Origin: a virus
IMG/VR virus record: IMGVR_UViG_3300027804_003127
Length of the DNA: 64,000 bases
Reading direction: 5' to 3' (one strand)
Part shown: positions 26,168-36,306 of the stretch, piece after piece
Layout: the number at the start of each line of letters is the position of its first letter
Numbering within the stretch: the stretch's first letter is position 1
Position numbers and translations under genes: made by a program
The notes under the pieces: generated by a model
The model's input: only the letters and a program-made list of their open reading frames with translations
What the model was told of the DNA's origin: nothing
Databases searched by the model: none

Positions 26168-27562
26168 ATGTTAACTGGAAAAGAACTATTTGATAAAAAA
26201 TTTATTGTTAGATTTAACTTTGATGGAAGCGTTTCAACAAATCAAAATTCAAATGCTCAAGAAAAAAGAAGAGCTGTTGGATTTGATGGTGACAAAAGCA
26301 CTTTTACATGGAAGAGATTCATAACACTAGAGGACAGCTACAATCCCTATCCTGGAGAATTAAACCCTTGGAGTCTTAAAAAATGGTATCAATGGGGCTG
26401 TAGGAGATTTCACTTTCATAATCCATTTGGAAAAGTAGCTGCTGGAAACTCTCAAGAACTTGTATATGAAGTAGATCAGTTTTTGAATGCAAAAAATGGA
26501 TTAACAATTAATGGTGTCGTTCAAAACACACCCATGCCATGGTTAGTAAATGACTTTGTCAGTGTTATCAAGGCATTGACAACTGGGCAGCAGGGCACTC
26601 TAGACAGTCAGACTTGGTTAGACTGGACATCTGGACCTAATGCCTGGTTCAATCCTTCTCAGCCTATAGATTTAATTGTGTATATAGGTGGAATGGCAAA
26701 TCCTGGAAATGACAGTGCTTATAAGATATACGTTGACAAATGGAACTCTCTCTTCACAGTAACACCAATAGTTGCAGCAAGAAGATTAAAAGATGCTGTT
26801 GCTCCTTTGATAGAGGCTAAATGCAGGATAGGTTTTGATGCAGCGGTAGCTAGCCCTGGAGCAGTTCCTGGAGATCATGTGCCACTAACTGTTCAAAACG
26901 AAAGATTGCAAAAAGGATGGTGGACATTTTTCAAATGGGTAACTACAACTATAGGTAAAGATAGAGTATATGTTGAATCTCATCCATTTTATATAAACAA
27001 TAAAGCTAATTCTTATCTGGGATATAATGTAATTGCAGATGACGATTGGTCGTATACTCCAGTTGTCCCTAGTGGCATGCACATGACAAGTGAGATGGGA
27101 GATATAGAGTTTTTGAGAGCTATTTGGCAGAATACAGACATTACGACTCCTCTTATAAGCTCAGAGAAAAACAATCAACTAGTAAAAGAAAGATATTGGT
27201 TTCTGCACAATTCTCATTACGCATTAAAAAATGAAAATACAAAAGAAGTTCGTCTTTCTCCTGCGGATTGCTGCGAAAAAGGACACAACTACTATTGGGC
27301 AACATTATATGATAAAATCATTGCATATCATATGATTGAAAAACAAAACACCAGAAATGAAATCAATGAAAGAAAAAATGTAACTAGTAGCACTATTTTA
27401 GTGCCAAATACACTTTTACAAGTATTGCCATCTTCTTATAATGAAGATCCAAATTGGAAATTGCAATTCGGTAATTTGTATAAGACAAGCGAAGATTTTA
27501 TAAATTATTTAGATAAAGTAATAGATAATCGTAAAACAGTTGAAGACATGATCTATATATAA
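26168..27562 (+). CDS. hypothetical protein
   Basis: 464-aa ORF coupled to the upstream gene. Confidence 0.75.
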   Translation: MLTGKELFDKKFIVRFNFDGSVSTNQNSNAQEKRRAVGFDGDKSTFTWKRFITLEDSYNPYPGELNPWSLKKWYQWGCRRFHFHNPFGKVAAGNSQELVYEVDQFLNAKNGLTINGVVQNTPMPWLVNDFVSVIKALTTGQQGTLDSQTWLDWTSGPNAWFNPSQPIDLIVYIGGMANPGNDSAYKIYVDKWNSLFTVTPIVAARRLKDAVAPLIEAKCRIGFDAAVASPGAVPGDHVPLTVQNERLQKGWWTFFKWVTTTIGKDRVYVESHPFYINNKANSYLGYNVIADDDWSYTPVVPSGMHMTSEMGDIEFLRAIWQNTDITTPLISSEKNNQLVKERYWFLHNSHYALKNENTKEVRLSPADCCEKGHNYYWATLYDKIIAYHMIEKQNTRNEINERKNVTSSTILVPNTLLQVLPSSYNEDPNWKLQFGNLYKTSEDFINYLDKVIDNRKTVEDMIYI

Positions 27563-27624
27563 TAATAGATTAATTTATATTCAAAAATGTATTTAATCCA
27601 CTATTATCTATGATTAAGCCAGAT

Positions 27625-28338
27625 TTACTTAATCATAGATAATAGTGATTCTATACACATGCTAATTGTTTCTTCTTTTTCTTCTTTTGAAGACAGCTCT
27701 CTGACTTTACTTAAAGAGTACATTCCCTCTTCTCCTACTATTTCTAGCAATATGTGTTCATAATGAGTCCTATAAGAGCCTCCAAATTCATCATTTATAA
27801 TTTTTTTATTTATTCCTGATGCTTCTTCTATCTTAAGAATTTCTGACCACCAAAAATTAGTTTGTTCTTTGGTTATATTTTTACCATCAATTGTAGATAT
27901 AAGGTTGCATTGTTGTCTTGTGTCTGGGTATAATATTTTTAATTTTTCATATCTTGGCTTAAATTCTTCTTCTGGTATTATGCCATAAACTCTACAATTA
28001 TATGGCCTATTTTCATGAAATGAGCATTTATTATTTTGTGTGTTTAAAATAACGCACGATTTTCTGTGTTCTTCAAACAAATATGCATATAGACTTTTTC
28101 TTATTAAATCTATAAACTGATCTTTATTAATTTTTTTTACTGCGTTTTCCCATAAGTATTTAAATTCAGAATAAAGAAGATGCGGGTGTTGTTGAGAGCA
28201 ACACCATGCTCCACATCCCCCTTCTGATTTGCTTATCCAATCTAGACACCCTTTTGTATTAGTAATAGATTCATATAATTTTCTTATCTTTTCAAAGCAT
28301 TCTTCCCATTTTTTTATATCTTTTGTGGAATTATACAT
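27625..28338 (-). CDS. YkgJ-family Cys-cluster (Fe-S/Zn) protein
   Basis: GCGAWCC...CVIL...CSFHENRPYNCRVY. Confidence 0.8.
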   Translation of the reverse strand: MYNSTKDIKKWEECFEKIRKLYESITNTKGCLDWISKSEGGCGAWCCSQQHPHLLYSEFKYLWENAVKKINKDQFIDLIRKSLYAYLFEEHRKSCVILNTQNNKCSFHENRPYNCRVYGIIPEEEFKPRYEKLKILYPDTRQQCNLISTIDGKNITKEQTNFWWSEILKIEEASGINKKIINDEFGGSYRTHYEHILLEIVGEEGMYSLSKVRELSSKEEKEETISMCIESLLSMIK

Positions 28339-28459
28339 GATTATGTATATCGAATATTTTATATCTTATTTTAATATGGTTTTAACCAAAAAGAAATAGC
28401 AATAATGTCAAATTTATTACTAAAAAGGATATATTGAAATATTAACCTATTATAAATAT

Positions 28460-28960
28460 ATGAATTGGTATAAAATAGCTCAAAACGATAGTGTAGAGGA
28501 AATATTTTCTAAATTACAGTTCAGGCCTGTAAAAAAGAAAGCATCGCAATATATTTTTATAAAAGTTAATTCAAAAGAAGACATAGATGCAATGCCTGAA
28601 TATTCCTATGGACAATATAGTGGTCCCAGTACTACTATAACTACAATTGTATCTAGTGGAGAAGAAACTTCTAGAAATATTTCAGATGGAATGATTATCA
28701 TAAGCGGAGTAAACAAGGAAAAATACTTCATGACTCCAGAAAAGTTTAAGAAAAACTATACTGGAGACATAGGTTCTACTGTGGCTCCAGAGCAGTCAGA
28801 GAGATTAGTTGCAAGATATGACGGCAACAAAAACCTAGAATTCATGGCTTCTTACGGAAGTCCAACTAAGCTTATGCCTGGAGATTATTTGGTCAAAGAA
28901 GGCAACGGGTACTACCGAATAGCAAAAGAAGAATTTGAAAAAACGTATGAAACATTTTAA
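28460..28960 (+). CDS. PGDYG-like domain protein with tag 1
   Basis: MNWYKIAQ; PGDYLV...F.KTYE duplicated fold. Confidence 0.65.
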   Translation: MNWYKIAQNDSVEEIFSKLQFRPVKKKASQYIFIKVNSKEDIDAMPEYSYGQYSGPSTTITTIVSSGEETSRNISDGMIIISGVNKEKYFMTPEKFKKNYTGDIGSTVAPEQSERLVARYDGNKNLEFMASYGSPTKLMPGDYLVKEGNGYYRIAKEEFEKTYETF

Positions 28961-29005
28961 AAGTTATGAGTATAGGATTAATTGAACATTAATTAAGGGA
29001 AATAT

Positions 29006-29407
29006 ATGCAATATAAAATATCGAAATCTGATTGGACAAATATAGGTATTCAAATGGGGTGGGTAAAGCAGTCTCAGGATCTATCTGGAAAAAACCCAGC
29101 AGAATTTAAATTACCGATGTTTCTGAGAGGGGCTAAGCCAAAATATGGGTACTCTGGCTCATTATTTGATATTCAATTTAACTCTGATTGGGACAAGGCT
29201 TCTTTTATATTACATAGCGCAAGTGTAAAGGGCACACCAAGTAAGAGCCATGATGCATATGTTCAATCAATAGAAGCTTTTGGTCTTTCTGAGGCAGAAG
29301 CAGTAGCTCATGGAGCAAAAGTAAAAGAATATGTTAAATCAGTGGCTAGAGAAATGGCTTCAAGAGGTCAAAATAATGGAATAATAAATGTTCCATCTCA
29401 AGGGTAA
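29006..29407 (+). CDS. hypothetical protein with tag 2
   Basis: MQYKISKSDWTNIGIQMGWVKQSQ. Confidence 0.8.
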   Translation: MQYKISKSDWTNIGIQMGWVKQSQDLSGKNPAEFKLPMFLRGAKPKYGYSGSLFDIQFNSDWDKASFILHSASVKGTPSKSHDAYVQSIEAFGLSEAEAVAHGAKVKEYVKSVAREMASRGQNNGIINVPSQG

Positions 29408-29502
29408 AAATAAGAGACAAGCATAGAAGGAAATCCGATATTTAAAAAGTAACTATTATTTGATAGTTGTCAAAAACTTATATAAAAAAGGAGAATTTGA
29501 CT

Positions 29503-29700
29503 ATGATGGAAAATAGAAACACGACAATCGCAGGCATAGGTGCCATACTTGTTGCAGTTGGTGCTGGCCTTAAGGCTTGGTTTGATGGAGATCCAACTAC
29601 AACCGTAGATTTTGCCGCTACGATTGCTGCTGTAATCGCAGGCGTTGGACTCATAATGGCTAAGGATGCCAATAACAACACAAATCCTCCAGCTGCTTAA
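29503..29700 (+). CDS. small 2-TM holin-like protein
   Basis: TTIAGIGAILVAVG...AVIAGVGLIMAKD, AAGGAG SD. Confidence 0.6.
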   Translation: MMENRNTTIAGIGAILVAVGAGLKAWFDGDPTTTVDFAATIAAVIAGVGLIMAKDANNNTNPPAA

Positions 29701-29709
29701 TGAGGTATA

Positions 29710-29979
29710 ATGCTTGAAAAAATTGTTGCACAATTTGCACTTGTTCTCGTTAATTGGCTTGACAAAAGGATTGCAATGTCCAAGACTGCACGTGATGCAG
29801 ACAAGGACGTTGAGCGCTTGCGTCGTGCTGGCTCTAGGATTGATGCCTGGTTGCGGGAACAGAACCGTATTCATACCAGAGGACAGTCCGATGCGGCTGG
29901 GGCCGCAGGCAAAGATGCGAGTATACACCCTACAGCAGGGGGAGTGGATACTGAGCGACAATCAAGTAGCTCTACCTGA
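29710..29979 (+). CDS. putative i-spanin (Rz-like)
   Basis: Hydrophobic N-terminus then a helical region; overlaps a lipoprotein gene. Confidence 0.45.
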   Translation: MLEKIVAQFALVLVNWLDKRIAMSKTARDADKDVERLRRAGSRIDAWLREQNRIHTRGQSDAAGAAGKDASIHPTAGGVDTERQSSSST

Positions 29980-30049
29980 GGGGTGGTATGTTGTTCCACC
30001 TTCTTATGTAAGTGAGATTGACCCGCTAGGTGGTCCTCCGAAAAAGTAA
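29795..30049 (+). CDS. lipoprotein, putative o-spanin (Rz1-like), overlapping in the +1 frame
   Basis: MQTRTLSACVVLALGLMPG-C lipobox, Pro-rich mature part, AAGGA nearby. Confidence 0.55.
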   Translation: MQTRTLSACVVLALGLMPGCGNRTVFIPEDSPMRLGPQAKMRVYTLQQGEWILSDNQVALPEGWYVVPPSYVSEIDPLGGPPKK

Positions 30050-30102
30050 AATACAATTTATTTAGTAATATAAGATCAGTTGAAAGACTGATCTTATATT
30101 TT

Positions 30103-30648
30103 ATGTTTTTAGAAATATTAACAACAGCAATAACCATGTTTATTTCAAGCGGCATAGCTGCAACTGCAGTTTCTATATTGACTTTAAGAAAAACAAAGCT
30201 AATAGAAGAATCTATTAAAGTAGTTTATGAAAAAAAGATGGAAGAATTTAGATCAACCAGAGAAAAGAAAGAAGAGATGCTATCTGACCTACTTGGACCT
30301 GTGGTTATGCACTTGCATAGAACATCTAGAGCATTTAATAGATATAAAGATAAGAATGAATTTTTGGAAGCAGAAATATTATACAAAGGAAATTTAGCTG
30401 TTAGAGATATACTTTTAAATAAAGGCTATCTATTAGATCATGTTATGATGAAGCACGCGATTGACTTAATAGAACACTATGATGCATGGATGGAGGAATT
30501 TGAAAGACATAAGTTTGATGTAGTTGAATTTGTTTTCGCTGGACCTAAGGGGTATCCATTCCCAAAAATGGCTGAAATAGCTTTCAAAAATGCTTGCGAA
30601 ACATTAAAAACAGAACTCTATGGAGATGAGCTAAAGGAAAGTTTATAG
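30103..30648 (+). CDS. membrane-anchored hypothetical protein
   Basis: N-terminal TM segment and coiled coil. Confidence 0.7.
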   Translation: MFLEILTTAITMFISSGIAATAVSILTLRKTKLIEESIKVVYEKKMEEFRSTREKKEEMLSDLLGPVVMHLHRTSRAFNRYKDKNEFLEAEILYKGNLAVRDILLNKGYLLDHVMMKHAIDLIEHYDAWMEEFERHKFDVVEFVFAGPKGYPFPKMAEIAFKNACETLKTELYGDELKESL

Positions 30649-30688
30649 CATAATATGTATATATATTTATACTTTATAAGGAAATTAT

Positions 30689-31534
30689 ATGAATAGAAAA
30701 TTAGCATCATCTTTATCTAGAGTGTGGCAATTTATTGAGGATAAAAACAGGTCATTTGGAATAGTAAGTGCCTTTAGAAACGATCACATTAAGATGGACA
30801 ACAAGAGTCCAACGGAAGATGAAGTAAAAAGTAATAAAAAACAAAACATTATAGCAAGCAAGAAAAAGCATAAAGAATTAAAAGAAAAAATTAGAGACAT
30901 GGGTCTTGGGTATGTAGAACTTGCAGGTGGAACTCAAGAGACTAATCAGCAAGGACAAACAATAAGCGTATTAGAAGATAGTCTTTTTATTCCTAATATA
31001 AGTAGGGATGATTTATTGAATCTTGGTAGAGAATACAATCAAGATAGCGTCATATATAAAAATGGCGATCAATTTGCCATGCTTATAACAAAAGGTCCAA
31101 ATTTTGGCAAATCTGACATGGATTTTGGCAGCTCACAGCAAAGCAAAAACATAACTTTCGATCCTGAATTGATTAAATCTGTCGGATCTTTTTCTGCACT
31201 TAAAAAAGGACCCGATTCTGGAGAAAAGTTTTTGTTTCAACCACCTGTTGACCCACTTGAGGAGCTTATTAAGCAAGTTAAAGATAAAAAAGATGAAGAC
31301 AAAAGTGCTTCTGAAAATACAGTGTTTAAAATGTCAAAATCTGACTGGGAAACAATTGGCCTATCCATGGGGTGGATAAAATTGGCTCAACCTAAAGAAG
31401 AAGATGATAATGAAGAAGCTGATGAAGATTATGATAATGAAGAAGAAACTGAAGAAGATGATGAAGATTCAGATGATGCGTTTTTTGATGATAGAGATGA
31501 AAGAAGAAGAAATTTCCAAAAAGATCATTGGTGA
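30689..31534 (+). CDS. conserved phage protein (SSLSR...SAFR...YNQDSV type) with internal tag 2 and acidic tail
   Basis: KLA-SSLSRV start; FKMSKSDWETIGLSMGWIKLAQ. Confidence 0.75.
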   Translation: MNRKLASSLSRVWQFIEDKNRSFGIVSAFRNDHIKMDNKSPTEDEVKSNKKQNIIASKKKHKELKEKIRDMGLGYVELAGGTQETNQQGQTISVLEDSLFIPNISRDDLLNLGREYNQDSVIYKNGDQFAMLITKGPNFGKSDMDFGSSQQSKNITFDPELIKSVGSFSALKKGPDSGEKFLFQPPVDPLEELIKQVKDKKDEDKSASENTVFKMSKSDWETIGLSMGWIKLAQPKEEDDNEEADEDYDNEEETEEDDEDSDDAFFDDRDERRRNFQKDHW

Positions 31535-31546
31535 ACATTTTGCGAT

Positions 31547-32245
31547 ATGACTTGGTATAAAAAAGCACAAAATAAAGATTCAGATATCCCTTTAGAAACC
31601 GTTTGTCAAGACGGTTTCTGTTATAGGATAGATAGGGAAAAAATTTCAAATTTTACACGTAATCCATACATTATGACCCCTGAAGGAAGCTCTCAGATTG
31701 CCTCAGAGCACGATAGAGGCACGTCCCTTCCTAAGAGTAAAAAGTTTTTTGAAGGCTTATATGCTGGAGATAATCTAGGTTTAATTGCTGCATATGCTTT
31801 GCCTAAAGGAATACCTTGGGTGCTTGTTTATTTTGATCACACAAAAGAGAACCCATTAAACTTGAGCACAAATAAGCCGACTCTATATGTTGATAAATCG
31901 CATATGGATAAGGATCATCCTCCAGCGTATTTGTCTAAATTTCATAAAAAAGACTTTAAGCCAAGACGCGAGATTACAAATGATCTTTTTGGCGAAGAAA
32001 GTACTGACACTGGGGATGATGAATGGTTGTCTATTGACCCCAAAGCTCCTCAATATATAGAGCAAATAAAAATAAAAAATATAGAGACATTTCTTAGAAA
32101 ATATGTTGACTTACATTTGGTCGAATCTAATCAAAATCAATTACAAAATATTGTAAGAAGTATAGAAAATATTAATTCTAAATATCATGTTTACTCTATG
32201 ATAGTCACAGATGGTAGAGGAAGTACTGAAATAATTAATCCATAA
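31547..32245 (+). CDS. hypothetical protein with tag 1
   Basis: MTWYKKAQ. Confidence 0.8.
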   Translation: MTWYKKAQNKDSDIPLETVCQDGFCYRIDREKISNFTRNPYIMTPEGSSQIASEHDRGTSLPKSKKFFEGLYAGDNLGLIAAYALPKGIPWVLVYFDHTKENPLNLSTNKPTLYVDKSHMDKDHPPAYLSKFHKKDFKPRREITNDLFGEESTDTGDDEWLSIDPKAPQYIEQIKIKNIETFLRKYVDLHLVESNQNQLQNIVRSIENINSKYHVYSMIVTDGRGSTEIINP

Positions 32246-32296
32246 AATGAAATATAAGTTTTTACGATAACCATATATAATCCATAAGGAGGACAT

Positions 32297-32440
32297 ATGG
32301 CTAAAAATAACGGAAGTGGCAAGGGACGTGGAGGGCTTGGAAGACCTAGTATGAGACATAAAAAGCATGCTATTATGATAAAGACTGCTCACAGAAAAGA
32401 AGACATTGCGCGTAATGCCAATAAGAATAAGTGCGAATAA
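32297..32440 (+). CDS. 47-aa basic peptide (not in ORF track)
   Basis: AAGGAGG SD; MAKNNGSGKGRGGLGRPSMRHKKHA... Confidence 0.65.
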   Translation: MAKNNGSGKGRGGLGRPSMRHKKHAIMIKTAHRKEDIARNANKNKCE

Positions 32441-32472
32441 AAGGCAGTAGTGACCGACTAATATGTGTAGAC

Positions 32473-32513
32473 AAAATAATAAAGACAGGCAAATTGCCTG
32501 TCTTTATTATTTT
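32473..32513. terminator. bidirectional intrinsic terminator
   Basis: AAAATAATAAAGACAGGC-AAATT-GCCTGTCTTTATTATTTT, between convergent genes. Confidence 0.85.
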
Positions 32514-32527
32514 TATTTTGCACTATA

Positions 32528-33307
32528 TTAGAACTTCAGGGAAGCGCCTACAGTGAAGACATCATCCACTTGAGATCCATCGAACTCAGAGAACGGGATA
32601 TCCCAGCCAAACTCCATATCAAAATTAGAGCTAAAATGAACTACGAAAGATGGACCAATCGTATGAATTTCACCAGTTCCATCAAGATTCCAATAGTTGT
32701 AGTTAGCTCCAACGCAGAACTTGCCGTCTGCAAAAGAATGCCCGAGCATTGCATTGGCATTGAAGATGTCTCCTTCCACTAATCCACCAAATAATGGAGC
32801 GTAAGTAGCATCAGTGGTCCACTGATTGCTAACTCCAGCGCCCCACTTTAGATCTGCAATTCCAACCTTGCCGTCTAAATCTGCACTAACAATCGTGTTA
32901 ACGCTATTTCCTCCAAAATCTGCATTAGCAGTTGGAAGCTCAAGATCTAAGCCGATTGAGAAAGAGTCAACAAACTTGCATAGATTGCTGGCAACCAAAA
33001 AGTCTGCGCCAACCTCAAGCATGCCTGTGCTAACGCTATCCTGATTTATAACTGGAAGAGAAACATGGGCGTTCCACTCTTTTGAAGGCGTGAATGTCAA
33101 GGTGGAATTAAACTCTGTAATAGAGTTATCTCCATCAAAATTGTATGCCTTTATTGTCTCTGAAAACCCAAAATTCTCCAACTTAAAAAGGCAAGAATTG
33201 CCGCAATCATTGTTGGCTGGAGCAGGGGTATCATCTGCATATGCAGCAAACGACACTACTGAAGCAGCCAAACATCCACAAATAAACATACGATCACTAT
33301 TCATCAT
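32528..33307 (-). CDS. outer-membrane beta-barrel-like protein
   Basis: Signal peptide (AYA-D), alternating beta pattern, C-terminal Phe (VGASLKF). Confidence 0.65.
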   Translation of the reverse strand: MMNSDRMFICGCLAASVVSFAAYADDTPAPANNDCGNSCLFKLENFGFSETIKAYNFDGDNSITEFNSTLTFTPSKEWNAHVSLPVINQDSVSTGMLEVGADFLVASNLCKFVDSFSIGLDLELPTANADFGGNSVNTIVSADLDGKVGIADLKWGAGVSNQWTTDATYAPLFGGLVEGDIFNANAMLGHSFADGKFCVGANYNYWNLDGTGEIHTIGPSFVVHFSSNFDMEFGWDIPFSEFDGSQVDDVFTVGASLKF

Positions 33308-33487
33308 AAAATCTCCTTGTTAAGGGGTTGAAGCTTTCTTTTCGTCAAAACGGACTCAAAATCCTTCTGTTGAAGCAATCTATATCCACGTATGAGACTG
33401 ATAGGGAAGCTTTATGTTATCAATTTTTAAAGACTATAAAGGTGTGTATGTGTATATTAAAGTATTTATTATTAAACTGGAGGAAAT

Positions 33488-34123
33488 GTGAATAGCTCGA
33501 AAACACTTTATGTGATGAGAGGACTGCCTGGTAGCGGAAAAAGCGCTGTAGCAGAACAATTAGCTGATGGAAATGTTTACGCTGCAGACGATTACCCTGG
33601 CTTGTATGGAGAAGACATGAGCTTCAACCCATCTCTTCTTGGTAAAGCTCATGAATCAACCAAAAACAAAATTATAGAGGCAATGAAGCGGGGAGAAAAC
33701 AAAATTGCATTAGCAAATACCAATACTCAGCACTGGGAGATGTCTCCTTATGTAAAAGCAGCTCAAGAACATGGATATTACGTGACATTTGTGCATGTAG
33801 AGGGCACCATTGGACCATCTGGAGAGATGACAAAGAATATACATAGAGTCCCTGATGAAGCCTTGGGTAGAATGAAAAGCAGATTTGAGCCGTTCGACCC
33901 TTCTAGAAAATTTGAAGAAAGAAAACCTTTGAGTCCATTGCCTAAAAGCGAAGAAAAGAAAGAAAGCAATGTTAACATGAACTGGTATAAAAGTGCTAAA
34001 AAGGAAAAAGAATGGGACCCTAATCCTTGGGCTGTGTGCACAGAATCTGTAGGTAGAGAAGATAAGAAAAAATACGAAAGATGCGTTATGAAAGTTAAGA
34101 AAAAGCAAGGTGGTAAAAAATGA
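33488..34123 (+). CDS. P-loop kinase (AAA_33/N4BP2-like) fused to a tag-1 module
   Basis: MRGLPGSGKS, NTNTQHWEM.PY and NIHRVP; internal MNWYKSA. Confidence 0.8.
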   Translation: MNSSKTLYVMRGLPGSGKSAVAEQLADGNVYAADDYPGLYGEDMSFNPSLLGKAHESTKNKIIEAMKRGENKIALANTNTQHWEMSPYVKAAQEHGYYVTFVHVEGTIGPSGEMTKNIHRVPDEALGRMKSRFEPFDPSRKFEERKPLSPLPKSEEKKESNVNMNWYKSAKKEKEWDPNPWAVCTESVGREDKKKYERCVMKVKKKQGGKK

Positions 34124-34329
34124 CACAAAAAAATATATTCAAACTTTCTTCTGAAAACGCTAATGGAATGGCGAAGGAAAAGATCAGACAGATATTGCTT
34201 ATGGCACATATCTTAAATAAGCATTTAGATTCAGTTGAAGTTGAGGCATGGATGTTTGAACATATAACAACAGCTCATGACGATCTTCATGAAGTCGCGA
34301 GCTATATCGGTCAACAAACTTCTAAATAA
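34120..34329 (+). CDS. hypothetical protein
   Basis: ATGA coupling. Confidence 0.65.
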   Translation: MTQKNIFKLSSENANGMAKEKIRQILLMAHILNKHLDSVEVEAWMFEHITTAHDDLHEVASYIGQQTSK

Positions 34330-34412
34330 AAAACCCGCACTCCAGGGGAAGAGGCGGGCGCTCTGGCAACTTGCGCTCAACCTATTGGGAGCGCGCAAGT
34401 ATTTCATTTGCT
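34328..34412 (-). ncRNA. candidate small RNA
   Basis: GC island with two hairpins and a T6 tail on the minus strand, downstream of TAGG-N18-GTAT. Confidence 0.4.
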
Positions 34413-34500
34413 ATATATAGATACTACTATTTTTTATTTTTACCTACGTCAAAGGCTTTATAATTTAAATTTAGTAATTAAATAAAATAGGAGATAACTT

Positions 34501-35517
34501 ATGTCAAAAAATATACCCTCTTTAATTAATTGGTCAAATCTTAAGAATATAGTTAACCGAAATGGTTTGATAAAAGTAGCCGCCAAAGAAGATTTAGTAA
34601 TGGATGAATCTGGTAATATGAAGCAAGTTACAGACCGTGAGGGCAAAGAGTTTAATCCAAGAAAAGGCCTAGAAGGTCCATACCTAAATAAAGACAGGAA
34701 AGCTTATTATTATGACAACAAAGAAGGCAAGTATTATTGCCCCTATATGGACATGCATCTAGATGCGCCTCCTGAAAGAGAAAAAGCTGCTAGTGTAAAA
34801 GATCTTAACGCATTTAAATTTGCTTGTAAAATAAATGGCCACTCTTTTGATGGAATAATTCTAGAAAAAACAGCCAAACAAGCTATATCAGAATTTTCCA
34901 AAATGATTAAAAATGCTGGAATAGACTATAGTGCGATGGAGTATGATGTCAAACCTTTTAAATTGAATATTTTAGAAGTTTTAAAGACAGCATACAGGGC
35001 AGATATGCCAAAGATGAGCTTACAGGATGTAGCTGACAGATTGATAGAGGCAACTATGACTGGAAAAATGGAAACGATGCCAGTTGATGAATCTAATAAG
35101 ATTTCTCAGTTAATATCTCAATTGAATATTTTAGTAGACACCATGTCTAAGGTGGTTGGAGAGCCCCTGGATGAAGAAGAGGTAATAGAGGCGCTGAACA
35201 ATGCAGCTAAAAACAGAGGAGCTGAAGTTGAAATAGGTTCTTTAGGTTCTGGGCCAGAAGAGGCTTATTTAAACTTTGATAAGTCTAAATTGATAGATAA
35301 TCCAAAAAAAGCACAATCAGATGATATAACAAAAGAGGCAAAGAAGAAAAGTAAAAATCAAGCTCTGGAAGAAAACCCGACTAAGCCAAGTCTTTGGTCT
35401 AGGGCAAAATCAATGGCCAAGAAAAAGTTTGACGTGTATCCATCAGCATACGCAAATTTGTGGGCTAGCAAATGGTATAAGCAACATGGGGGCGGCTGGA
35501 GAAAATCTAGTAAATAA
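34501..35517 (+). CDS. phage protein with C-terminal YPSAYAN.W..K.YK..GG.W module (DUF5872-like)
   Basis: C-terminal motif; many KxA sites. Confidence 0.7.
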   Translation: MSKNIPSLINWSNLKNIVNRNGLIKVAAKEDLVMDESGNMKQVTDREGKEFNPRKGLEGPYLNKDRKAYYYDNKEGKYYCPYMDMHLDAPPEREKAASVKDLNAFKFACKINGHSFDGIILEKTAKQAISEFSKMIKNAGIDYSAMEYDVKPFKLNILEVLKTAYRADMPKMSLQDVADRLIEATMTGKMETMPVDESNKISQLISQLNILVDTMSKVVGEPLDEEEVIEALNNAAKNRGAEVEIGSLGSGPEEAYLNFDKSKLIDNPKKAQSDDITKEAKKKSKNQALEENPTKPSLWSRAKSMAKKKFDVYPSAYANLWASKWYKQHGGGWRKSSK

Positions 35518-35523
35518 AATACT

Positions 35524-36306
35524 ATGAATAATATTTTCTGCATTGAAGACATATTAAAATATGCACAATCAAGTGATTTTGTTAGCAATTTTAATAACAC
35601 ACTAGATTATCTCAATGCTAAAAATAGAGCAGTATTTGTGACCACCTCTAATCGGTTTCAAATAAAAGGCAAGCAAGAAGATATTCCAAAGTCTACTCAA
35701 ATAGCTCACGCTCTTTCTAAAAGAATGAAAGCAGAGCCAGTTATTATACATGCAGACTCTCTAAACATTGCCATGTGTGAAGGAAATATATCTCGAATGG
35801 ATGGAAATAGCTGTGGAGTAAAAGATAGTTTATTAAAAGATAAAGAAAAGAATCCAAGCGGCAATCATAGATGTTGGGCATCTATAAACGTAAAGGATGA
35901 TGAGCTATGGAAGATAACAAAACCACTCTTTGATAGTGATTGTATATTGTTTTTTGGCTCTATCAGATGGGGTCAGGCAAATGGTTTGTATCAAAAAATT
36001 ATTGAAAGACTCAGCTGGATAGAAAATATAAATGTAACATTAAAAGAGAAAAATATAGTAAAAGGCATAGATGCTGGATTTATATGCACTGGACACAACT
36101 GGAGAGGCTCTGATGTTGTAAAGATACAGAAAGAGGTTTTATCATATTTTGGATTCAATACGCCTGAGAGTTTATTTTGGAATTGGCAATGGACAAAAAA
36201 TTCTGAAGACGAAGACCTACAGGGCTACAAAAAAGATGCCGCAGATTTTAAAAAATTAATTAAATTAACAGTCAAAGGAAAAAACATAGATGAAAGGCAA
36301 GAGTAA
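35524..36306 (+). CDS. flavodoxin-like / NADPH-dependent FMN reductase-like protein
   Basis: LNIAMCEGN, DDELWKI...LFDSDCILF.GSIRWG...YQKIIERL. Confidence 0.7.
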   Translation: MNNIFCIEDILKYAQSSDFVSNFNNTLDYLNAKNRAVFVTTSNRFQIKGKQEDIPKSTQIAHALSKRMKAEPVIIHADSLNIAMCEGNISRMDGNSCGVKDSLLKDKEKNPSGNHRCWASINVKDDELWKITKPLFDSDCILFFGSIRWGQANGLYQKIIERLSWIENINVTLKEKNIVKGIDAGFICTGHNWRGSDVVKIQKEVLSYFGFNTPESLFWNWQWTKNSEDEDLQGYKKDAADFKKLIKLTVKGKNIDERQE

